Shown one piece after another: positions 37,179 through 46,911 of a DNA stretch of 64,000 bases (position 1 is its first letter; each line of letters opens with the position of its first letter). Both the position numbers and the translations under genes were made by a program. Below the pieces are notes generated by a model, which did not search any database, was not told the origin of the DNA, and was given only the letters and a program-made list of their open reading frames with translations. Location: the sequence record LR756502.1; one strand, 5' to 3'.

Positions 37179-37857
37179 TAGATGTAATATAGAAAAGGAT
37201 ATTACTGACTTTAATATAAGAAGAGCTAGTAAGGATGGATTGACACCAATTTGTAAAAGCTGCTCTAATGAAAAGGGTCGAAAATATAAATTGGAAAATA
37301 AGGAGAAAATTTCCAATTATAATAAAGAATACCGATATAATAACTACTATCCTTCTAAATATAAGGAAAAAAGTAGAGCTATATATCTAACTGATAAACG
37401 ACAAAAATGGTGCAAATTATATGCGGAAAAAAATAAAGAAAAATTAAAAAGTTATAGGAGAAAATATTATTTAGATAATAAAGACTATTACCTTTCCTAT
37501 CGAAGAGATAGATGTGAGAGTGATAAAGTATTTCACCTATCCATTATAATTAGGTCGATGATAGCAAATAGTATTTCATCTAAAAAATTTACTAAAAAAT
37601 CAAAAACATTTAAAATACTAGGGTGCTCTTTTGATGAATTCAAAATTCATCTTGAAAGTAAATTCGAGAATTGGATGAGCTGGGATAATTATGGTAGATA
37701 TAATGGTGAATTTAATTATGGTTGGGATATAGATCATATTATACCTATATCATCTGCTATAAATGAGGATGATATTATTAAACTAAATCACTATACCAAC
37801 CTACAACCATTATGCTCATATACTAATAGACATATAAAAAAAGATAATATATTATGA
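37165..37857 (+). CDS. HNH homing endonuclease with N-terminal Zn finger
   Basis: KKCNRC...CKSC; WDIDHIIP...LNHYTNLQPL. Confidence 0.85.
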   Translation: MKKCNRCNIEKDITDFNIRRASKDGLTPICKSCSNEKGRKYKLENKEKISNYNKEYRYNNYYPSKYKEKSRAIYLTDKRQKWCKLYAEKNKEKLKSYRRKYYLDNKDYYLSYRRDRCESDKVFHLSIIIRSMIANSISSKKFTKKSKTFKILGCSFDEFKIHLESKFENWMSWDNYGRYNGEFNYGWDIDHIIPISSAINEDDIIKLNHYTNLQPLCSYTNRHIKKDNIL

Positions 37858-38747
37858 TTCTTAAACATAAAGTTATACAAAACTTCCAATTCGTATCAAG
37901 TGATAAGAAGATTTTTGTATTAAAAATCGGGACAATTCTGGAAGAGTATAAGTATAAAATAAAGAACGAGACAATAGATATTGACAAAGATATTGTTGAT
38001 AATAACCCTGAGTTCTTTGAAACACTAGATTATAAATCAGAGCTACTTTCCTATTTAAAAACACAAAAAGTACCACAACCTTCTCAGGTTCACAAGAAAT
38101 TAGTACCATTCATTGAGGATATGATTTTATCATCTATGCAACAATCATCTGCGCCAGTTATGGATGAATTAAAGATAAAAGAGTTAAATAGGAAAGAAAG
38201 TGATATAAACTCAAGAGAGAAAAGAGTAAAAGATAAAGAGGAAGAGATTGATATTAGATTGAAAAGGGTTGAGAAAAGAGAAGAGTCATATAAGGATGAT
38301 ATTAAAGAGCTTGATAAGAAAGAAGACTCAGCTAGATTGAGATCTAAAGAATTGACTGAGAAACAATTAGATATAGAGGATAGACTACAAGATATAAAGG
38401 AAAGAGAAAGAAATCTCGATAGAAGTATATTAGAGTCATCAAAAGATATAGATGTTAAATATGGTGATTTGCAGTCTAAAATAGATAAGGACTTGAGAGC
38501 TCTATCTGAAAAGGAAAAGGACATTGAGGTATCATCAAGAGATCTTAAGAAGAAGGAGTCTATGATAGATGAGAGAGAGTCTGCCGTTGATGATAAGATA
38601 AGAAATTTTGAGATAAGTACAGAAGATTCAAGAAACCGTGAGGTTGAGATTATTAGAGTAGCTAGTGAAATAGAAGATTGGCTTGAAAAGCAAGGTCTTC
38701 ATAGAGAAGCTCTTAGTTGGAATAAGAAGATACCTCCTACTAAATAA
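37854..38747 (+). CDS. Long coiled-coil protein
   Basis: Heptad-like K/E/R repeats over about 170 aa. Confidence 0.75.
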   Translation: MILKHKVIQNFQFVSSDKKIFVLKIGTILEEYKYKIKNETIDIDKDIVDNNPEFFETLDYKSELLSYLKTQKVPQPSQVHKKLVPFIEDMILSSMQQSSAPVMDELKIKELNRKESDINSREKRVKDKEEEIDIRLKRVEKREESYKDDIKELDKKEDSARLRSKELTEKQLDIEDRLQDIKERERNLDRSILESSKDIDVKYGDLQSKIDKDLRALSEKEKDIEVSSRDLKKKESMIDERESAVDDKIRNFEISTEDSRNREVEIIRVASEIEDWLEKQGLHREALSWNKKIPPTK

Positions 38748-39117
38748 GTTCAAGTGCCTTCTCGAAGGCTTTATTATAACTTAATAGTCCCTTTTCTCTT
38801 AAAGAATTTACCATTATTATTTCATCCTGGTTCTTCTTATTTTTAAAATTTATTTTAACAAACCAATTCTCGCCTTCGTCAATAAATTGATGGATATGTA
38901 TTTTGTGATTCTTGGAAAACCAATCTACTACTTGCTGATATAATGGAAGTCCAACGATTTCAGTCTCTCTTGAGTTTATTATAGGACTTCTCTGTTCAGA
39001 ATAGCAAAATCTAGTGTCACAATCTTCTATATGCCACCAGGCCCAACAAGGCTCATCAAATCCTTTTCCCTTTAGAATAATTCCCAATTCATATGGTACA
39101 AATAAACTCTCGCTCAT
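38740..39117 (-). CDS. Hypothetical phage protein
   Basis: PLYQQVVDWF motif; 125 aa. Confidence 0.75.
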   Translation of the reverse strand: MSESLFVPYELGIILKGKGFDEPCWAWWHIEDCDTRFCYSEQRSPIINSRETEIVGLPLYQQVVDWFSKNHKIHIHQFIDEGENWFVKINFKNKKNQDEIIMVNSLREKGLLSYNKAFEKALELI

Positions 39118-39626
39118 TATAGTTTAATTATTGATGCATCTATTGTATCTGATAGTGTGTTGTATATCTTGCAATCTTGCCCATCGTCATTTTGAATCTT
39201 CTCCCACATTATATCAACATATCCAATTCGATATGCATCGTCTGGTCTACCGTAGATAACCTTAGACTTATGTTTGCCTATCCAGTAACCAAGTTCCCAA
39301 TTTGTTGTTAACCCAATTAACTCTCTGGTTCTTGGTAACCAAAACATAACACAGTCAGCTCTTTTAAGTCCATTAAATTCCCATAATGGTATCCATTTTT
39401 TATCTTTATCTGATTCTGTCTTGCTTGTGAATTCAGGAACTACAAGAGATCCATTGAATCCTTTTTGTTTAAACATCTCAATAGCCTCAAATCGCCAAGA
39501 TGTTAGGTGTGGTTGATTGCCACGAACGGTAGGACCTGCTAAAAATATTACTGGACCAGTTACTCCATTAACTGATTCTGGTGAGTCTTCATATCTAAAG
39601 ACTTTAAGGTTGTTATATACTTCCAT
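39117..39626 (-). CDS. Nucleoside 2-deoxyribosyltransferase-like protein
   Basis: VIFLAGPT...SWR...WE...ADCVMFW...TNWELG. Confidence 0.75.
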   Translation of the reverse strand: MEVYNNLKVFRYEDSPESVNGVTGPVIFLAGPTVRGNQPHLTSWRFEAIEMFKQKGFNGSLVVPEFTSKTESDKDKKWIPLWEFNGLKRADCVMFWLPRTRELIGLTTNWELGYWIGKHKSKVIYGRPDDAYRIGYVDIMWEKIQNDDGQDCKIYNTLSDTIDASIIKL

Positions 39627-39643
39627 TTTATTAATTTTTTTTA

Positions 39644-39877
39644 TTATATAGTGAATAAGTAGTTGTTAATATCGTCACCGATAGCCTCGTTAACCTTGTT
39701 ATAGTCAACTTTATCAATGACAGTAAAGTGTTGGTAAACAGCGATTATATCATCACCATTTGACTTATTTTGAATGAAGTTAGAGATAGAGTCACAAAAC
39801 TTAGTAAAGTCTGTAAGACCATCATACTTACTCAAAACTGACCATAATATAGATTGTTTCGTTTTTATCATATACAA
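39644..39877 (-). CDS. Hypothetical protein
   Basis: 77-aa ORF; promoter at 39875-39882. Confidence 0.65.
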   Translation of the reverse strand: MYMIKTKQSILWSVLSKYDGLTDFTKFCDSISNFIQNKSNGDDIIAVYQHFTVIDKVDYNKVNEAIGDDINNYLFTI

Positions 39878-39897
39878 ATATAAGGAAAATATCTGTA

Positions 39898-40509
39898 TTA
39901 TACTAAAATTTTATCTAATTTAATTTGCCTATCATCTGCAATTATCTCACTCAATATATCGGATCCAAAGTAATCAATAAGTATTTTTTTGTGTTTTAAT
40001 ATACTATTTTCTTCTATATGCTTATCTAGGTCTGGTTGATTAGATTTAATATACTCCAACCATTCTTCTTTAGAATTAATGTCAGCTACTGGTGGTGTCC
40101 AATGGTTTTTATCAACAAATGATTTATTCCAACTTGGATATCCAGAGTGGTGAAATCCATTAGTTTCAGTTTCCATGACAATATTTAGGTGAGTATTGCT
40201 TCTAATATTCAATACTTCTTTATTTTCATATATCATCTTATACAAAGTTCTACCAACACCAACTATATATATCTCACCATTTATATAAATATTAAAGAAG
40301 TATCTAGTGACACAACTTAGTTTTGGGTGTTTTACGTTAATTTCACTGTTTAATATTCTCCTCAAATATTTTTTATTAGTATCATCATATATTCTATAAT
40401 TACCACAGAAAGTAAAATCGTATTCCTTGCACCAGGTAATATTATTATTGTTATCAACAAATGGTAGTATCTTTATGATGTCTCCATTTTCTAATTTGTG
40501 TATTTTCAT
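39898..40509 (-). CDS. Possible degenerate gp32-like ssDNA-binding protein, tag family
   Basis: IKILPF...RYFFNIYI...VGRTLYKMI...GYPSWNKSF; ends DDRQIKLDKILV. Confidence 0.45.
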   Translation of the reverse strand: MKIHKLENGDIIKILPFVDNNNNITWCKEYDFTFCGNYRIYDDTNKKYLRRILNSEINVKHPKLSCVTRYFFNIYINGEIYIVGVGRTLYKMIYENKEVLNIRSNTHLNIVMETETNGFHHSGYPSWNKSFVDKNHWTPPVADINSKEEWLEYIKSNQPDLDKHIEENSILKHKKILIDYFGSDILSEIIADDRQIKLDKILV

Positions 40510-41414
40510 TAAAGTCCTAATTGATCTAACTTTTCATTTCTTTTAATATCGACCGTTTTAATCTCTATCTCATTATTTGGATATGAAACTCCCTCTGATG
40601 ATTCTATGGTTCTTGGTCCAGTCCTACTGACAGTACCTATTACTATACTGCCATACTTTGAGTTATAAACAAATCTATCACCGACACTAGCAGTTGTTCC
40701 GCATTTGCATGGAATTGGAGATGGTGGTTTTAGTCTTTTATAAACCCACTTACCATCGATTATACCATTCGGTCCATTTTCAAATACTCTCAGTTTGCTT
40801 TTTAATTCAACTAATTTATCCTTGATTATCATTTCGCCTTTTGTTGTTATACTTGATGCGACAAGTAGGTAATCAGCGATTCCTTTATAATTATCAATAT
40901 TATTAGCAGATACGCCAGATGCAATCGCCATTGGATGGATGCCTAGATATTCTCGAATTAGTTTTATCTTTTCAACATCAGCCGCCTTTCCTGTACCAAC
41001 TCCACTAGTTGTTGCTACATCTGTAGCTATTGATGCCTCTTCACAAGAAAACTTTAAATCTTTTGGTTGTGGTTGATATTTGAATGCTAATCCGCCAAAG
41101 AACATTCCTTTGAAGAATCTAACTTCTTTAGCTCTCTCAGGAGTTATTGTAGCATCACACCAAAGACCATCAAGTCCATTTATAGACTCTGTTGATAGTG
41201 CATGTTCAGTTGACTCACCAAGCATATTAACACCAACCCAAAGAGTTGGGAATTCAGATTTAACTCTAAATGCACAGTTTAGTAAATCAAACTTAGATAC
41301 AGCGTGATTTATTAGAAATACCTTTTCAATTCCACACTCAATACAAGTTTTAACATTAGTTATAACTTGATTCTCATTAATCATGTGAATTACTGGAATA
41401 ATTTCTGTCTTCAT
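40509..41414 (-). CDS. BtpA/SgcQ-like TIM-barrel protein with an appended tagged tail
   Basis: VGVNML, FGGLAFKYQ, TTSGVGTG, ASGV, ADYLLVASS; ends KRNEKLDQLGL. Confidence 0.75.
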   Translation of the reverse strand: MKTEIIPVIHMINENQVITNVKTCIECGIEKVFLINHAVSKFDLLNCAFRVKSEFPTLWVGVNMLGESTEHALSTESINGLDGLWCDATITPERAKEVRFFKGMFFGGLAFKYQPQPKDLKFSCEEASIATDVATTSGVGTGKAADVEKIKLIREYLGIHPMAIASGVSANNIDNYKGIADYLLVASSITTKGEMIIKDKLVELKSKLRVFENGPNGIIDGKWVYKRLKPPSPIPCKCGTTASVGDRFVYNSKYGSIVIGTVSRTGPRTIESSEGVSYPNNEIEIKTVDIKRNEKLDQLGL

Positions 41415-41542
41415 TATTTAGATTTTTTCTTATTTCTATCTTGCCAAATTACTAGTAATCCACTACCCACTATTACAATGGGTACGAATATTGCGATTTT
41501 TAATTCAATTAAACTCATTTTTATTTATTTTTTAGTATATTT

Positions 41543-41995
41543 TTAATAGCAATCCTTACCAAAGCAATCATTATCAATTGCTAATTGCTTTGTTCTGTAT
41601 CTCCAAACTTCCTCAACTGTATCACCACAGATTGTTACCTTGTAGGTAACTATGAATGTTTTAGTTGATGATTCACTTTTGTAATACTTGAAACCACCAT
41701 CTATTCTTACTCCACCACCAACAAAAACTGAATCCACAGAAGACCACCTTACTTTACTCATAAATCCAAGTGGTATAGTATCTTTAATTTTGTACTTACC
41801 AGTTGAATCTCTAATTATATTTGTACAAATAAGTGAGTGTATTAGGTCAAACTCCTTTGTGTGATAGTCTGAAGTCCCATTTTCATAAGATGTTATTCCA
41901 TCCACTACTTGTATGTGTGTGAAATCAATATTACTCGAATTATGACATGATGTGATAGATATAACAATAGCAATAAATAATAATACTTTTTTCAT
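41543..41995 (-). CDS. Putative lipoprotein
   Basis: MKKVLLFIAIVISITSC lipobox. Confidence 0.75.
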   Translation of the reverse strand: MKKVLLFIAIVISITSCHNSSNIDFTHIQVVDGITSYENGTSDYHTKEFDLIHSLICTNIIRDSTGKYKIKDTIPLGFMSKVRWSSVDSVFVGGGVRIDGGFKYYKSESSTKTFIVTYKVTICGDTVEEVWRYRTKQLAIDNDCFGKDCY

Positions 41996-42041
41996 TAGTT
42001 ATGTTTTAGGTTTTTATTTAAACAAAGGTATAAATATTTTA

Positions 42042-42395
42042 TCAATTATCCAAATTATTTATTATAGAGTCTATTATATCACTTCGTCTCTTTTTTATTT
42101 TGTTTGGTAGAAATATCTCAATTCCAAGGTGTCCGTTGCTCCTGTTTGGGTACTCCCTCGTATGATCCATTCTCTGAAACTTAACCTTAACACATATAGT
42201 TACGGCATTTTCAATACTACATGGTCTTTTATCACGACCAATATAATTTAATATTATGTCAATAATTTCCACATCAAGTCCCTTATTATGCTTTGGTGAG
42301 GATATAACTCTCATTATATCCTCAACTATTAGAGACTTATACCTCTCAGGTATAGATGTATTACCAGTATTTAATATTTCTATTTTTATAGACAT
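42042..42395 (-). CDS. Hypothetical protein, divergent tag
   Basis: Ends RRSDIIDSIINNLDN. Confidence 0.7.
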   Translation of the reverse strand: MSIKIEILNTGNTSIPERYKSLIVEDIMRVISSPKHNKGLDVEIIDIILNYIGRDKRPCSIENAVTICVKVKFQRMDHTREYPNRSNGHLGIEIFLPNKIKKRRSDIIDSIINNLDN

Positions 42396-42446
42396 TCACC
42401 GAATATAGTTAATTTATTTCAAATCACAAAATAATATATATAACTA

Positions 42447-43187
42447 ATGAAATATATCAAGAAATATAAAATTTTTGAACTTGCTGGGGACTCTTCAGTA
42501 GCAGGTAATCCTTTATATAAAAATAGAATTGATGAATCAAAGTCAGATGTATCGGATGAGAATATAATAGAAGATGTAGTATTCATTATGCAGGATATTA
42601 TTGATGATTATAGAAATATAAAATTTACTTCTATCAATAGTGACCCTATTAGTGTTGATGATATTTATAATAAATCAAGCAATCTTAATAATTATAAAAC
42701 AACCATTAGGACCGGTGGTGTTCTTAGAAGTAAGTTTGGTGTGGACTTCGGATTTATTGAAGGCGGGTATGAGAAATATGTAAGCATTCTTAGTGATATG
42801 ATATCAGTTATTAGAAGATTAAAAGATATTGGGTGGGACATTGATAGACTTGATGATGTGTTTAGGGCGGATGGATTTCAAATCTACTACCAGTTTACAA
42901 AGCCAGATGTTATTGTTAATGAATATAAATTTGATAAAAATGAGAAGGAAAAGCTTGAACAAGCATTTGAGGATAGATCTTTGAGTATTGAAGAAATTGA
43001 CGAGGAAGAGGGTGATTATGAGAATTGGTTGAAGATTAGATTCTCTACTCACGCATACTCTGGTGAGTTGTCTAGTTATGATGTTATGAATCGTAAATTT
43101 GAGTGGATATGTGATGTTATGGGATTTGAGTCATATGCATATGATAATGAATATTATGTTGACTTCTCATTTATAAAATCATCTTAG
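42447..43187 (+). CDS. Putative internal head protein (CTS-like)
   Basis: MKYIKKYKIFE; TAATATATA at 42432. Confidence 0.78.
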   Translation: MKYIKKYKIFELAGDSSVAGNPLYKNRIDESKSDVSDENIIEDVVFIMQDIIDDYRNIKFTSINSDPISVDDIYNKSSNLNNYKTTIRTGGVLRSKFGVDFGFIEGGYEKYVSILSDMISVIRRLKDIGWDIDRLDDVFRADGFQIYYQFTKPDVIVNEYKFDKNEKEKLEQAFEDRSLSIEEIDEEEGDYENWLKIRFSTHAYSGELSSYDVMNRKFEWICDVMGFESYAYDNEYYVDFSFIKSS

Positions 43188-43583
43188 TATCTCGTCAATT
43201 GCAGAGGCCCTACCCATTTGCTTAGATTCTTTTATCATTGAGTATAGAGTATCACCATCCCAATAAAATAGGTGGTTAACATTGGCGGATACTCCTATAG
43301 GTACATTAACCACAAACCCAACATCTATAATACCAAAATCATTTACTCTTCTTAATAATTTTGCATCTTCTTTTAATCTTCTGTATACCTGGTCTTTAAT
43401 ATCCTCTAGTACATTATCTGAAATGTTGTATGGATATGTGTTGCTTGAAACCACGTATGAAGTCGCAAGTTTTATTTGTGGAGATTTATCCTTATCATAC
43501 CCATGTAACACCTTATAAAACAGGGTTTGTAACTTATTAAATAATCTTATCATCAATTGGAATTTTAGTCTTGTAACCACCAA
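43179..43583 (-). CDS. Hypothetical protein, divergent tag
   Basis: Ends GRASAIDEILR. Confidence 0.65.
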   Translation of the reverse strand: MVVTRLKFQLMIRLFNKLQTLFYKVLHGYDKDKSPQIKLATSYVVSSNTYPYNISDNVLEDIKDQVYRRLKEDAKLLRRVNDFGIIDVGFVVNVPIGVSANVNHLFYWDGDTLYSMIKESKQMGRASAIDEILR

Positions 43584-43986
43584 CTGCTAATACATCACAT
43601 CTATTGTTATATTCATTAGAAGCATGTCCCTTTACCCATATGAATTTAATTGTATGATTATCATACAATTCTAAGAATTTCTTCCATAAGTCTGTATTTG
43701 CTCTACCAACAAACCCCTTCTTCTCCCAATTGAATAACCATCCTTTCTCAACAGAATCAACAACATATTTAGAGTCGGAGTATACCTCAATGGTTAATCC
43801 TTTTTTCTTAAGCATCTGTAATCCACGAATAACAGCCCTCAATTCCATTCGGTTGTTTGTCGTATATTTATATCCTTCTGATATCTCCATTATCTTATCC
43901 TTATACATAAGTATAACACCGATGCCACCGGGTCCAGGGTTTCCCGAGCAGGCACCATCTGTAAAAATTTTAACTATTTCACTCAT
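43537..43986 (-). CDS. rnhA: Ribonuclease HI
   Basis: FTDGACSGNPGPGG, TNNRMEL, SDSKYV, WVKGH, NNRCDVLA. Confidence 0.95.
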   Translation of the reverse strand: MSEIVKIFTDGACSGNPGPGGIGVILMYKDKIMEISEGYKYTTNNRMELRAVIRGLQMLKKKGLTIEVYSDSKYVVDSVEKGWLFNWEKKGFVGRANTDLWKKFLELYDNHTIKFIWVKGHASNEYNNRCDVLAVGGYKTKIPIDDKII

Positions 43987-44248
43987 CTATTATTTCTGTT
44001 AATTTTAAATCTCTAAAAACTGATTTCATTCTACTATCTGATGTTCCTTTCCGTGATGCGAATGCTGGATCACTTCTTTTGTATATTGCTATTGAATTCT
44101 CTTCACATCTATATATGGCGCTATCTCCATCATTAAGATCTATTATCAATACTCCGCTGATATATTTGGCATCTATTATGCTATCTGCAATATACGGTGA
44201 GTCTGGGTAATGACTTTTAAGTATCTCTACTATTTTATATTTATCCAT
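43979..44248 (-). CDS. Hypothetical protein, tag family
   Basis: Ends VFRDLKLTEIIDE. Confidence 0.75.
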   Translation of the reverse strand: MDKYKIVEILKSHYPDSPYIADSIIDAKYISGVLIIDLNDGDSAIYRCEENSIAIYKRSDPAFASRKGTSDSRMKSVFRDLKLTEIIDE

Positions 44249-44696
44249 TTAATATATCATCTATTTTATTATCTCTAGGCTCAATTACATTAAACCTTTG
44301 TCTTAGTAGCTTTAATTTGTCACAATATGTTTCTCTAAAATCTATATAGTCATGTTGAACTATGGCATCTGTATCCGATATAACAAAGCTGGATGTAATC
44401 TTTGGTTCGGTGAATCCATAAGTAGTTAATAACATAATAACTACATCTGAGTATAAGTTGCTGACGCTTGGTGTATATTTATACACCAGGTGGGGAGGGT
44501 AGTCGTTAGATTCATCTTCTCCGTCAATTTTGGTATGAACATCATTCCAATTACCTTCAGATACTTTTGATGTTGAAATATAACAGTCTAATACCATCTC
44601 ATCAAACTCTTCTGTTGTGAATTGTTTGGAATGACAAATTACCCTTATTGGGCACTCTTCGTAACTTGAATATCCTACTTCGTAAAAAAAAATCAT
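44241..44696 (-). CDS. Hypothetical protein, tag family
   Basis: Ends EPRDNKIDDILNG. Confidence 0.78.
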   Translation of the reverse strand: MIFFYEVGYSSYEECPIRVICHSKQFTTEEFDEMVLDCYISTSKVSEGNWNDVHTKIDGEDESNDYPPHLVYKYTPSVSNLYSDVVIMLLTTYGFTEPKITSSFVISDTDAIVQHDYIDFRETYCDKLKLLRQRFNVIEPRDNKIDDILNG

Positions 44697-45115
44697 ATTC
44701 CTATATCAATTAGTTTAATATTTCTTAATTCATCCACACCCATCAGACTTGATAGTTTAGTATGAACATCATGCATTAGTAAATCCAACTCATCGTCTCG
44801 ATACACTCTACTTATCTTTATATCCATATTAACACCAAAGGAAAAGTAGTAGTGCATTTTACCAGGTGTATAGTATAACTTACCATCACTTGATACTGAT
44901 TCGTCCTCATATAAATTAAAGTCTAGAGGGCTACCGTATCGTTGATGTCTATGTATCCACTTGAAGTTTAGTACTAGTTCTTCCTTTCTTGTTCTTTCAT
45001 CATCAGGTACTTTATAAAGATCCTGTCTAAATCCCCATGCCAAATCGGTTTGATATGACTTGCTTGTTATGTACCCATATCTTTCCAATCTACTAATAAT
45101 GTTATCTAATGTCAT
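44693..45115 (-). CDS. Hypothetical protein, tag family
   Basis: Ends ELRNIKLIDIGI. Confidence 0.78.
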   Translation of the reverse strand: MTLDNIISRLERYGYITSKSYQTDLAWGFRQDLYKVPDDERTRKEELVLNFKWIHRHQRYGSPLDFNLYEDESVSSDGKLYYTPGKMHYYFSFGVNMDIKISRVYRDDELDLLMHDVHTKLSSLMGVDELRNIKLIDIGI

Positions 45116-45116
45116 A

Positions 45117-45452
45117 TTATATTCCTAAATTATTTAGTTTTAAATCACGAATATATGGAGTTAATTTGTTATATAAAATTTCGTTTATTTTATCTTCGCT
45201 AAATTTTGACCTAAGCCAGATGTCCCCGATTTTAACATCACTAATTACATAATAAACTAATGGTTTCCCAATGATTCTATAATTCTTCTCTACCTTGAAT
45301 TGCATTAGGCTGTTATCGGATGGAAACGTAACAAGATAGAAGTTATCACTACCACAAACTAATATTTTATCACGCTTCCACTTCATCTCCTTGTCCAATT
45401 TATAAAGTTCAAGGAAGTTATGAGCGAAATCCCATATTTTTTTCTCTATCAT
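45117..45452 (-). CDS. Hypothetical protein, tag family
   Basis: Ends YIRDLKLNNLGI. Confidence 0.78.
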   Translation of the reverse strand: MIEKKIWDFAHNFLELYKLDKEMKWKRDKILVCGSDNFYLVTFPSDNSLMQFKVEKNYRIIGKPLVYYVISDVKIGDIWLRSKFSEDKINEILYNKLTPYIRDLKLNNLGI

Positions 45453-45653
45453 TTATTTAAGTGGGTGACCAAGCCTATTTGTTAAATCGATTATTGATTT
45501 ATTTAAATCATATTCTATTCTATCTACAGATACATAGGTATCTTTCCACCATCCAAATACTTCTTTCTCAAATACTTTATCCTCTTTGAATTCATTCATG
45601 TTAAAATCTATAACATCTATTGATGTTGATTCATTTGGAAATCTTACTTTCAT
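45453..45653 (-). CDS. Hypothetical protein
   Basis: 66-aa ORF in operon. Confidence 0.7.
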   Translation of the reverse strand: MKVRFPNESTSIDVIDFNMNEFKEDKVFEKEVFGWWKDTYVSVDRIEYDLNKSIIDLTNRLGHPLK

Positions 45654-45654
45654 A

Positions 45655-45990
45655 TTATTTAAATTTATCTTTTAGTTTATCCTCAAATATTTTTATTAAC
45701 TCTCTTTGATAGTAATCATAATCATCTGGTATAAATAGGACAACAATCTTACTATTATATTTACTACCAACATGTTTTTTAATCTCATTCTTATGCTTGT
45801 TCTCCATAACATAAACAACATCAGCCCATTCCATCATTTCCTCTTCGAGTGGTGTTGTTCCCTCTTTGTTACAAATCTTATGATTTGTTCCTGCTGATAG
45901 AAAGTTTATATCAGTATATTTTGCACTGAAGTAATCATCAGCTGTCTTAGACCTGAGCTTATTAGCAGAGCAAACAAACAATACATTCAT
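45655..45990 (-). CDS. Low-molecular-weight phosphotyrosine phosphatase family protein
   Basis: VLFVCSANKLRS (CX5R) and IPDDY. Confidence 0.85.
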   Translation of the reverse strand: MNVLFVCSANKLRSKTADDYFSAKYTDINFLSAGTNHKICNKEGTTPLEEEMMEWADVVYVMENKHKNEIKKHVGSKYNSKIVVLFIPDDYDYYQRELIKIFEDKLKDKFK

Positions 45991-45992
45991 AT

Positions 45993-46298
45993 TTATATTC
46001 CTATCTTTTTCAATTTTTTATCTCTTATCTGATCCTTTGTTAATACACATTCAACCCAAACCTCTCTATATCCAAAGAACATATCCCTTACCTCACTTCT
46101 CTGTTTTTTGCAACATTTATTACAGTACCTAACGGTAGCTGTTACTCTATATGGGTATTTTTTGAAGGTGCTATTGACTTTTTTGACTGTGAAATCACCA
46201 ATGTACGCCACAATCGGAATATCTTCACGACCAATTACCCAACTATGTCTACAATGACCTTTAATCAGACTTAAAATGTTCTCAAATATATATCTCAT
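45993..46298 (-). CDS. Cys-containing hypothetical protein, tag family
   Basis: Ends QIRDKKLKKIGI. Confidence 0.75.
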   Translation of the reverse strand: MRYIFENILSLIKGHCRHSWVIGREDIPIVAYIGDFTVKKVNSTFKKYPYRVTATVRYCNKCCKKQRSEVRDMFFGYREVWVECVLTKDQIRDKKLKKIGI

Positions 46299-46480
46299 TT
46301 TTTTTCAAAAAACGACTTGTCCAACATTGGATACTCATCAAGTATCCTAGGAGCATTATTCTTGAATAGACTGGTTTCCATAGCCCAATCCTTATCAATT
46401 GGAACACCTCCCCATATTAACTCACAAATAAACTTATACTGATGATTTGTTATTTTTTCCATAGATACAAATATAAGGAA

Positions 46481-46672
46481 TTAATTTCTTATGTATCTAA
46501 CACAATCTAAAACTTGCTTAATAATAATTAGAGACCATAATCCACATATTATTGATGATGCTAATATATTTTTAGTTCTCATCATCTCAACAACACCAGC
46601 CGATGTTATTATACAAGTAAAAACAATTACAACAACCGCATAAATTATTTTCCATTTAATCCTATTTCTCAT
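46481..46672 (-). CDS. Small two-TM membrane protein
   Basis: Two hydrophobic helices. Confidence 0.65.
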   Translation of the reverse strand: MRNRIKWKIIYAVVVIVFTCIITSAGVVEMMRTKNILASSIICGLWSLIIIKQVLDCVRYIRN

Positions 46673-46908
46673 ATTCCTAATTCCTCCAGATTTACAATTC
46701 TTAAAATGTGTTTGGCTAGTCTAACAGCTTCTTTCTTGTCAATAACTCCTCCAGCATAACCATGCATACCCCACTCAACACCAATCGAAAAACCAATAGC
46801 ACTACCAGTCCTTGATCCAGCTGAGTTTGATATTACCAATCCACCAGCGCCATCAACAATAAATTTCTCACTATCGACCCAAAAATCATCAAATTTCTCT
46901 TCTTCCAT
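46669..46908 (-). CDS. Hypothetical protein, tag family
   Basis: Ends ILRIVNLEELGI. Confidence 0.75.
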   Translation of the reverse strand: MEEEKFDDFWVDSEKFIVDGAGGLVISNSAGSRTGSAIGFSIGVEWGMHGYAGGVIDKKEAVRLAKHILRIVNLEELGI

Positions 46909-46911
46909 TTC

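Noticed and set aside
195-38524. Antisense ORFs in the track (e.g. 195-491, 4603-4812, 8632-9015, 28976-29251, 38090-38524)
   Set aside because: Shadows opposite real genes, with Ser/Ile/Phe-rich composition typical of reverse frames.
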